Assembly (NCBI GenBank): GCA_012862495.1
Contig: BLSG01000208.1
Location: 53,887-104,342 of the forward strand
DNA from: Thraustochytrium aureum
Taxonomy: Eukaryota
Direction: 5' to 3'
DNA: 50,456 bases
Shown: positions 11,858 through 21,700 of the stretch, in pieces
Layout of the letters: each line of letters begins with the position of its first letter
Numbering within the stretch: position 1 is the first letter of the stretch
Made by a program: the position numbers and the translations under genes
The notes under the pieces: generated by a model
Told to the model about the DNA's origin: nothing
Databases searched by the model: none
The model's input: only the letters and a program-made list of their open reading frames with translations

Positions 11858-13298
11858 CTAAGCCTCGGATGCCGTGCGCTGCCGCACGGGGCCACGAAGG
11901 ACGACGACGAGCGTGTAGAGAACAGCCGTGGCAAAGACCATCAGCGCAGCCAACCGATAGGTGAGCGTGGATCCAATCTCGCGCAAGAGAATGCTCCCAA
12001 ACAAGGTGCCCATACCCGTGCCCAGCGAGCGCGTTGACCCAAGGAGGCCTTGCGCAAAACTCTCGTACCCGACCGGGGCGATTCGCGTGATGTGGTGCAC
12101 CGCTGCGAGCTGGATCGTGCTGTACGTAACGCCGTGCATGGTTTCCGCAATAAGCAAAAGCGCGACCGAGTCGCGTGTCACCAGAGTGTAAAAGTACACT
12201 CGCGAGGCATACGCCAAAAGCCCGATGACAAGGAGTTTGGACGCCCCTAGCCAGCGCACCAGCCGCGGCGCGACGGCGAACAGCGGGATCTCAAACGAGA
12301 CCGTGACAACAACACTTAGCCCCAGGAGAGTGTTGGAGGCCCCCAGCTCGTCCTTGAAGAAGAGAAACACGAGGTTTTCCACGAGGGCGCTCCCAATACT
12401 GATAACCGCCACAGCAAGTAGGAAAACAACGTGCAGCGGGTCCAGGCACACGACCGAGAAAAACGCGCCCATCACAGCCCTCGCGCTTTTGGCCTCGAGC
12501 CCAGCCTTGGGGTCGACTTCGACAGAGTCGGCGCGCGAAAGGTGGGGCGGCTCAGAAAGAGAAAGCGGCGCGGCCCCGTCGCCCCGCTGCACAGGGCAAA
12601 TTGCTTCGGCTTGACCGTCGCGCACCTCCAAGTCGTCTGGGCAAGCCCATTCGGGCTGTTTGCCCATCTCGATTTCTGCTGTCAGACCCTCGGCAACGCC
12701 ACCCTCTACAACCTTGGCATACTTGCGCGGCGCGCTTTCCCAGTCGCTCACGAGAACCAATGCAACGAGGGCGAGGGTGAGGACGAGCGAAACAGGGATC
12801 TGCACGCTGTACCCCACTTTGTCGAACATGAGCCCGAGGGCGAGGTGCATGACTGCCCAGCTGACAGCGCCAAAGAGGCGCTCGTTGCCATAGCCAGACT
12901 TGCGCTCCTCGATCGTGTCGCTGGTCCCGTGCGCTGCGAGGTAGTCAAGGCAGTACCCGTCCATAAGAGGCGCCACAGCACTGAGTGACACGCTCTGCAG
13001 AGTGCGCACGACGAGCACCGCGGAAAAGCTTTGCCTGACCGAATCCAAAAGAAGCAGCGAGTAAAGCCCCGCCCCGGCCAGAAAGGCCAGCACCAGCACG
13101 ACTTTCCTGCCGAGCCACCTATCTGCAACTAGTCCCCAAACCAGCGGGCTAAACACGTTCAAAAACGTTGGCAGCGCCATCACGACGCCAATATCGGCGG
13201 TGTCGTCAAGCCCCAGGTCCTCCAAGAACACTGACATGAACCGACCCTGCGTCGCCAGGACGGCGAACCCCCCCAGGAAAACCCCATCTGGGCCTCAT
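11858..13298 (-). CDS. Major facilitator superfamily transporter (MFS_1_like / MFSD6-like)
   Basis: Motif A-like WGLVADRWLGRK, YGNERLFGAVSW, EIPLF and ETMHGVTYS, with about 12 hydrophobic segments. Removing one G from the G4 run (13282-13285) extends the ORF to ATG 13298 (MRPRWVFLGGFAVLATQGRFMSVFL) and restores TM1. Confidence 0.85.
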
Positions 13299-13367
13299 CT
13301 TCGCGCCGCTGCCAGACCTCCTCCCTCGGCGCCCCGACTTCGCGCCGCTGCCAGACCTCCTCCCTCG
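13299..13367. repeat. 30-bp direct repeat (39-bp period) abutting the MFS start codon
   Basis: CTTCGCGCCGCTGCCAGACCTCCTCCCTCG at 13299-13328 and 13338-13367. Confidence 0.9.
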
Positions 13368-13627
13368 ACGCCTTGACGCCTACTTGCGCCAGCAGAAACG
13401 TGCTCTGGCGCGCTCCACTCGGCTCGGGAGCGCTGCGTTTCCGTGACGTTGCGGTTTTTCGACTGGTGTTTGGGTGTTTGGTGTCGGTGGTCGTCTGGCC
13501 GTGATCGTGAGCTGACCCGCCTTTGTGTTTTCCGAGCGCGTGAAGTCGGCCAGAGCCCGAGCCAGCGGTACCGCGCCGCTTGTTTCCGTGGGAGAGGCGG
13601 GCTCGGCTGTTGCGCTGGAGGCTCTCG

Positions 13628-15619
13628 TCAGGCGACGAAGAGCTGGAAAAAGTTTATATGGTCGAGGACGAGCGACCGCACCGAACGGCGGCGTTCAGGG
13701 ACCGCCAACGTCGTCTCGGCTTGGCGCTGAGCACCGGGCCGCAAAGGCTCTTGGGGCGGTTGACTTGCTAGCGGCGTTGCTCGTGCTTTCGCGAGGCTTT
13801 GCGTCTGGTGGAGCTGTGCTTCACGCTGGTGGAGCTGTGCTTCACGGTGGGCGGCCACGAAAGGCGAACCACGGCAGTGTGTGCTGCGCTGCTGTGGGCG
13901 CCGGCGATGCTGGCGGGCATGCGCCGCCCGGCGCTTTGCCCTGCGGCGCTTCAGGCGTTCTTGAATCCCGTAAGGGCGAGTAAACTCGGCGCGAGAGCGC
14001 GCACCGCGAAACGCGCTTTGGCCAAAAAGCGCGACTCGAACTACGTTTCGGGCTCGCTTGCGTCCAAGCCAACCCCGCCACACTCGCTGGACCTCTGTTG
14101 CAGCTTGATCCCGCATTTCAAGCCGAGTGGCCATCGCAGCTACGACGTTTTCGGCCCAAGCCCAGAACGAGGCAGCCAAGATGCGGCGGCGCGACCTGGA
14201 CTGAAAGTCGCGCTCGCGACGCATCGACGCCACGTTCGCGCTCCAGGCCAGGAAGTAGTGACGCTTGAGGCGCTCTGCCCGTCGTTTTAAAAGCATTGCG
14301 CGGGTGGCCTTGCGACGTTGCTTGACCCCCCACCAGTGCATCATGAGCCGTCGCTGGCGGTTGAGAAGCATTGCGCGAATAGCGCTTCTCGATTGGCGCG
14401 CAGCTTGTGCCACCGAAGCCCACGACCGCCACACTCGGGCAACAGCCCTGAGCTGGATCCGCCGAGCCATTGCGAGGCCAAGCCGCCGCCTGTTGGCCTT
14501 GACGCGCGCTTGGCGGCTACGGAACGAACACTGAAGCCGCAAAGCGCACTCAGCGCGCTTGGCCTCCACGCGAACGACCTGTACACGCCACCAGCGGGCC
14601 AGGCGAGAGGCCGCGACGCCGACCCTTACCTGGAACGCGCGACCCGGCCAGTCGAGTTGCACGAAGAGCTGGTCGTCGAACGGCGCAAAGCGCCCTGCAA
14701 GTTGCTCAACAGCTCGGCGTCGCGAACCTGCGCGCTGGTCCTGGTCACAAGCGCCTCGAGCTCTTGACAACGTGTTGAACTCTGAGTGGAGGCTGGCCGC
14801 GGCGTGCCCGCGCCCCACAGCACGCCGAGCCCGCCCCCTGCTTGGGCTGTTGCAGTGGACGATCGTGATGCGCTCGCGTGCTGCCTTCGCGCGGCGCGTT
14901 GTAAGGCGTGACGCACCGATCCACCGTTAAAATAGTCCCGCGGAGCCATGGCAGCCCGTTCCGAGATTCGGGCCTCGGCCTCGAGCGTGACACGCAGCGC
15001 ATCTTGTATTGTTGCGCCCATTTGCTTGTCGAGTGCGTCGATGCTCTGGAGGCGCGCCTCGAGGTCGTACGCAGCAACGGCTTCTTCGACGTAGCCAACG
15101 GGTCGGCCGCGCTCAATCGTGATCGCGTGTGGGGGCCCAGCGCCGCGCACCTCAACCCCGACCACAGTGCCCGCGATTCGCCTCCCGCATGCGAGCACAC
15201 AGTCGAAACGAGACCCCAGAGGGTACTTTGCGGGGTTGCTCGTCAGCACGACTTGGCGGGCCATCCGGCCGGCCTTTTCCCCCTGCAGTTCGTCATCAGC
15301 TTGGTTGCGGGGCCGCCCTCAGCCGCCGCGCTGCAGCTGGTACGGCGCGAGCTGCTGCGGCTGCGCTTTGCTCGTCGAGCGCGCTGGCCAGCTTTGTCCT
15401 CACGCGCTGCTCGTGCTCCCTGGCGCGCTCAGTCGCTTCGCGATGCTTTTCCGCGAACGCCTTCTCCCTCTCCGCCATTCGTGCTTGCCATCCGGCAAAC
15501 GCCATAGCGCCAGGCTCTGCGGCGGCCGCCTCCCTCGCGCTCGTCGCGCCTTTGAGCACATAGCACTGCACGGCTGCGCCGACCGTTTTGCGCCTGCATC
15601 TTGCGCGCTTGGGCGCCAT
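13628..15619 (-). CDS. Coiled-coil protein with IQ motifs and Sfi1-like Trp repeats (reconstructed across two apparent frameshifts and a possible 51-nt intron 14579-14629)
   Basis: IQ-like ALRLQCSFRSRQAR and AATEVQRVWRGWLGRKRAR, plus basic Trp-spaced repeats (VWRSW, HWWG, FLAWS, FWAWA). Start AAAACATGGCG at 15619. Frames join at G4 15309-15312 and near 14679. The exon structure is uncertain. Confidence 0.5.
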
Positions 15620-15865
15620 GTTTTGGAGCGATCGGATCGATCTCGCCCGAGGGCGCAGAGAGAGGCCCAGCGCCTTCGAGCGCGCTCCGAACGCCGCCGC
15701 AACCAGCCAGCCCTGACTGTATCTTATCTACCTCCTCCTGCTGCTGCTGGTCCTCTGCTGGTCCTCTGCTTCTGCTGCCGCTCGTGCTCTGCTCGTGCTC
15801 TGCTGCTGCTCCTGCGTGCTCTGCTGCTCCGCTCCGCGCCACACCGCAAGAACCACGCGAGATCT

Positions 15866-16180
15866 CGTCACTCGGGTCGGCCATGTGACGTAGGAGGACC
15901 GAGAAGAACCAAGGCGCCCAGGGCCTCGTCACGAAGACCGACCATGTCACGCGACTGTGCCGTGGTGGTACCCCCGTGACGTGCTCTGACAGAGGGATTC
16001 AACTTCAACAAGTCACAAGAGTGGGAATGGGTGACGTGATTTGCGAGTAGCGTTCCTCAAGAATCCGTCGTACGTCATCACACACCCCAACTGTGACGCG
16101 GGCACGACGCGCGTCCTGTCGTATCCAGGTCACAATCCCAAGCCCACCGATTCCTCGTCACATTAACACCCAGTGTGACG
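15866..16180. promoter_or_regulatory. Dense GTGACG(T) cluster, putative bidirectional promoter
   Basis: GTGACGT at 15885, 15976 and 16031; GTGACG at 16093 and 16175; CGTCAC at 15866, 15927 and 16156; ACGTCA at 16072. Confidence 0.55.
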
Positions 16181-16473
16181 AGGAAGAGGCGTCTCGCGTG
16201 AGATCAGGCAAGGCAGGCTGGCAGGTTCATAAACAGCGCACAGACCATCGNNNNNNNNNNNNNNNNNNNNNNNNNNNNNNNNNNNNNNNNNNNNNNNNNN
16301 NNNNNNNNNNNNNNNNNNNNNNNNNNNNNNNNNNNNNNNNNNNNNNNNNNNNNNNNNNNNNNNNNNNNNNNNNNNNNNNNNNNNNNNNNNNNNNNNNNNN
16401 NNNNNNNNNNNNNNNNNNNNNNNNNNNNNNNNNNNNNNNNNNNNNNNNNNNNNNNNNNNNNNNNNNNNNNNNN

Positions 16474-18523
16474 GGAGGCGCTGCAGACGAACGGCGACCG
16501 GCTGGACGCGGCGGAGGCGACTGCGCAGAAGAAGGTTGTACATAACAAACGCGCGGACGCCCTACGCAGAGAGCAGATGGTCCCGCGGTCCCTGAAAGAG
16601 TCCACCCTGCGAGGCCTGATCGTCAATCACCGCGACTGGCAAAGCAAGCGGTTCAACGCGCTCCTGAGCGAAGAAGTTCGCATCTCCAACCAGGCTTTCT
16701 CGAGGCAGGCGCTCCTGTACGACCCCATCATCTCCACGATGGCCCTCGAGCTCGTCTCACGCATCGAGCCCGAGTTTGTTAGCCTCGATTCGAGGCCGCC
16801 CGCTGAGCAGGAACTGCTGCGCGACATGGGCGAGAGCGTCGTCCGCGTTTTTGAGCAAGCGATTCTGCGGCGCGCGCACACGCTGACGGACGAGCAGGTC
16901 GGCACTTGGCTACGTTGCTTGAGCACCGTGCTGACGGCATGCCCGGACACGGCGCGAAACGTGCTTCGCGAGCTTTCGAGCGGCAAACCGTCGTTTCGAA
17001 ACGCGGAACGCGGCAAGGAGCAGGCGGAGCGCATAAAAAGGGACGTCGCGCAGCTGGAGCGCTTACAAGCGCTCTCGCAGGCCCTCTCGCAGGTTGGCAA
17101 GCCCCTGCTCGCGGCGCGCGGCATCCGCGTGCAGCTTCTCGAGTGCGAGTGCCGCGACGCCTTCCTGGCAAGCCTGGAGCTCGTCAAGCTTGCCCTGGGA
17201 GCCATGCTCGCCGCCCCGGCGCCGGGCGACGATGTTATCCTGGACAACCTCGTGCGGAGCTTGCTGGATGAGCTCGCGGCAGCCGCGTCGCACACAACCA
17301 AACTAGAAGCATACGTCAGGGTTTGGGCCGACATCCTCTCGCTCAAGAGCCCAGCAGTGCTGCAGGCCTGCACCAAGCGCGAAGCTGCAGCCTCGCTGGC
17401 GCACCTCTTCTTGGGAATCGACTCGCCCTCGCACCGGTTCGACCCCGACGCAAAGGTGCTCCCGAACGTTGGCGTCCCAGAGGGCTCGGCTGTCGCCAAC
17501 ATGGGTCCGCTGGCTAGAGCCCTCTCAGCGCTTGTGCGCGCCCCCATCCTCGGGCTACTTTCGGTGAAGATGCTCAGCAGCACGGAGCTGCGCAACAAAC
17601 TCTTGACTGCAACCGCCGCGAGCCCGCCGCGAACAGAGTTCCAGCTTCTCGTGCCTGACCTCTGCCGCGCCCAGTTCCTCGACGCTGTCGACCTGGTCGG
17701 TTTTTTCTCGGACAAGTTGGCCGAGCACGTCGGTTTCACGCAGTACCAGCACAGCTCGCAACGCGCGGAGAAGGCGATCGTGGCGCGAGACATGCTCCTG
17801 CGCCTCGCCACTGCGCCCGTCTCCACTGCCGACGCCGCCGCTGTCGTCTCCTCAATCTGCGAACTCGCCGTGCATGAGATGCGTCGGTGCAGCGGCTCAA
17901 TGAGTCCCCCGGACGCCTCTGCGATCCAAGTGGCGCGTGATTGCGCCGAGCTAGTGCGTGCGAACCGGGCCAAATTTGGAACCGCGCAGTACACAGTTTC
18001 ACTCGCGGGCTGCTTGCGGGACGCTTTTGAGGCGCGCCCGGACCTCGCGGACGCTTGGCTCCCGGCTGCGGTCCCAGATTGGTTGCCAATCGTCTGCTGG
18101 CTTGAGCGAGTACTTCCCCCGAGCGCAAGCGCAGGGCTCGTGGGCGGCTTCCCCGACACCTTCTTGGAAGGCTTGCTCGCTGCGTGGCAAGCCATCCGCG
18201 ATCGTCATGGCGGAGCGCTTGCTGACGAGTTGGCCGCCTCCGAGCCGGACTCGTCAGACTCCAACGCATTTGACGAGGCCGAGTATGGAAACGATGTGGG
18301 CGGCCCTGCCGCCGACGACGCGCTTGAGCAAGCGCCGCAGGTGCCAATCCCATTCATCGAACGCGTGTCAACTGGCGATGCCTCTGGCGCCTGGACCGCA
18401 GGAGCACCGCGGGCTGTCGCGGGCCCTGGCACGGCTGGCCGAGCCCGGCCCTTGCCACCTGTTCCGAGCGACGACGAGGACGGCGACGAGGGCGACGACG
18501 AGGCAGGCTCGCTTGAGGGCTGA
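16474..18523 (+). CDS. Protein homologous to the post-catalytic C-terminal region of USP9/24/34-family deubiquitinases; start at or in gap 16251-16473
   Basis: The ordered motifs EEVRISNQAFSRQALLYDP, QVGTWLRCLSTVLTACPDTARNVLREL, IRVQLLECECRD, LVRSLLDEL...KLEAYVRVW and AASLAHLFLGIDSP follow the spacing of the USP34/USP24/USP9X region after the His box (compared from memory). The frame is open back to the gap (EALQTNGDR...). Confidence 0.7.
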
Positions 18524-18737
18524 GTCTCGAACGATCACCCGCGCGTACCGACGTGAGTTGAGTGAGATGAGTTCTTGTTGTAGCTGCTCCTGCTGCGTGT
18601 GTCCACCGATTGATTCGCCCTTGCCTTGGGCAGCACGGCTGGCAGCCGGAAGCGCTGCGGCGCCTGAAAGAACATACGTATTCAGAAGAAGAAAAAATGC
18701 AAGTGCGAGCAAGTGTGATCTGACTTTGTCTCTGGTC

Positions 18738-21700
18738 CTACGATTCGGATTTGCGACCGTGCGTCTTGAAGCTGCTCGCCTTCGGCGGCTTCGTTGCCCG
18801 TCCATGCGCCGCCGTGCTTCGCCGCCGCAATAAGCGGCTCTCTTGTGGGGGGACTGCCACCCCGGTCCCAAGAGGCGAGGGCGCTGGCGAGTCGCCCTCC
18901 GGCGTCGGGACCGGGCTCGCAACGTGTTGGATGCGCTCGTACAAGAGCATAAAGGCAGACCACTCGCGCTCTACTCGCTCGAGCTTGACCGTTCCCCAGG
19001 ACTGCGTCGTGGCGCGCTCGAAACTCCCGCCAAAGCACTCTTCGGCAAGCTCGGTGCCAACCTGAAAAGGCGAGACTTTCGCATCGTCGAATCGATACCA
19101 CTCCTCCTCAGCTCGCTTGAACGAATAGTAGTGGCCGCCGCCAGCGCGCCCTCGATGCACCAGCACGCCTGCAAGACGGTAGTGGCATTCGCCGCGCACC
19201 CGGTCAACTTCGCGGCTGCTCATGGCGCGGCCGCGCTCCCAGAACGCGTGCGCGTCGAACCTCGTGTTCTGGTAAGCGCCCTTGGCGCCAGCCCTCTGCG
19301 ACCCACTGCCGAGTTGCTCCTCGCGTGCGAGCCGCTGTGCAGCAGGCCCCGGCACAGCCTTCGAGCTGGATGACGACATTGATGTAGGGTGGTGGCCGCC
19401 GCCCCCTCCACCTGGCACCCTCTCCGCAGTTGTCGTTTGCGGGCCGCTGGCCTCGCCCGAGGGCGCAGCCGCAGTCGCGCTCGCCGCTGCACTGGCAGCA
19501 GCAGCCTGGACCGCCTGGCCGACACGCGTGTACGGGAAAAGGTCTAGCTCTGTCGGAAACCGGATCGAGTGATTCAGCTTGACGGTCTGCATCGAGGTGA
19601 GGTCGAACGCGAAGCGCTTCGGGTGGATGAACAAAAAGTCGGGCAGATGCGTCAGACACGACACGAACGTGCAAGCCGTGCGGCTCTGGCACTGCTCGCA
19701 GTCCACCTTGTTGTCCCCCGTGAGCACTTCCGGCGTGACGAGGCTCTCGAGGCACTCTTGCAAGCTCGACTTTTCGACCGAGTTGTCCTTGGTCATGAGC
19801 TCCAACCGGTAGAACGACTCGTCCCTGCTAACACTGACCGTGCCGCAGATGTGGCAACGCTTCAGCCGCGTCTGGTGTCCCAAAAAGCACTCCTTCATCG
19901 TGTGCAAAAATGGCGTCCCCTTGAGGCTCTCCTCGAGGTTGTCCAGCAGCTTGTCGAAAAACTCGCTCGCGTCATTCTGCGACGTGACTGGGAACGTGAG
20001 TTTGAGCACGGAGCAGGCCTCGACGAACGGAATGGGGTCATAGCACCCCTTGCGCGAGTCGCGCAAAAACCGAAACGTCCGCTGAAGCTGCCGCAAGACC
20101 TCCATGTTTTGCAAACCACTCCCAGCGACACCGCCGCTCGCGCCTCGATTGCCGCCGCCTGCAGCGTCGACTTGAAAGGTCTCTATCACTGTTTCCGCAT
20201 CCGCGCTCTTTGCGGACAAGCACAGGTGGCAGTGCGGGGCGTCAAGCTCGTTCTCCCCGCTGCACCTGCACCTCCACCCCACCACCACCTTGACCTCCTC
20301 CGCCTTGCTTCGCCGCTCGCGAGCAGATATGGGCGACACGCCGCCTGACCCGTCCGCGCTGGCGCCGCCGCCTGCGCTCAGTGCGTTGGGAGGCGAGACA
20401 NNNNNNNNNNNNNNNNNNNNNNNNNNNNNNNNNNNNNNNNNNNNNNNNNNNNNNNNNNNNNNNNNNNNNNNNNNNNNNNNNNNNNNNNNNNNNNNNNNNN
20501 NNNNNNNNNNNNNNNNNNNNNNNNNNNNNNNNNNNNNNNNNNNNNNNNNNNNNNNNNNNNNNNNNNNNNNNNNNNNNNNNNNNNNNNNNNNNNNNNNNNN
20601 NNNNNNNNNNNNNNNNNNNNNNNNNNNNNNNNNNNNNNNNNNNNNNNNNNNNNNNNNNNNNNNNNNNNNNNNNNNNNNNNNNNNNNNNNNNNNNNNNNNN
20701 NNNNNNNNNNNNNNNNNNNNNNNNNNNNNNNNNNNNNNNNNNNNNCTTGTAAATGCGCCGTCCGGGTTGGGGTCGAACCTCCAGTCGGGCACGGTGTTTC
20801 GCCCACGCTCTGATTCCCGCAGTGGAACGGGCGTGTCATTCGAAAACCCCTCCAGGAGAGAGAGCAATTCGCACGTCCTGACGAGGTCGTCGCGCGTGAG
20901 CGCGCACAAGAGCCGACTCACCGCCGCACGCGATCCTGGCGTGTCGCAAAACGGTTGCGCCGACTCGGCGTCCATGAGGAACCGGCTCCACAATACGCGT
21001 GCCAGGCTCTCTGAACCGTGGATAGCACGGTCGAGTCGAACGGCAAAGGCGTCCGGGCGGAGCGTGGGGTAATTCTCCAGAATGCGGCTGAGCGCGTTGA
21101 CAAAGCCCACAAACAGGTCGGTCTCGCTGCGTGTGCCCGGTCCATCGCCGCCGCCCGCATTGCCGGTGGCGTCATGGGCGGAAGCGGCTCTTTCTCTCGC
21201 TACGCGCTGCGGCCAGTCCACGATGACCAGAACGATGCGCTGCACGAGCTCGCTGTCCGCATCTGTTGGTCCCGTCTTGGCGTCGGGCACAAAGCTTCGA
21301 AAGAGCTCGAAGAAGTCGCCACACGTTAGTGAGTCGCGCTCGTCCTCGAGTTCCCGCTCAGCGGCGCGCACTGCACGAGCGATATCGGCCCGGTTCGCCT
21401 CCGAAGCTGCTGCCACTTTGGCAAGGAAGGAGGCTGCGCGGGCGCGAAGCTCGCGAAAGCTGCAGTGAAGCAGCATGTATCGGATCACGAGGTCAGAGCA
21501 GGCCTGCTTGCGCCGAGACCGCGTTTTTGCAATGTCGGTGCGCGGGCTCGCGCCAAACAACTGGCTCGCACCAGAGCGCCCCGACCCTGTCACGAGGCGC
21601 TCGAGCGCGTCCAGGTAGTCAAGCGTCGCCTGCGCAAGTCTGCGCGAGTTCAGGCAATGGAGGCACACGGAGGCTCGGAGAAGCAACAGCTCAGGCGCGA

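Noticed and set aside
18368..18805. Minus-strand ORF MDGQRSRR...LLALAFFLLL resembling a signal-anchor protein
   Set aside because: It overlaps both convergent gene ends. The hydrophobic stretch is explained by a T-rich tract, and no domain follows.
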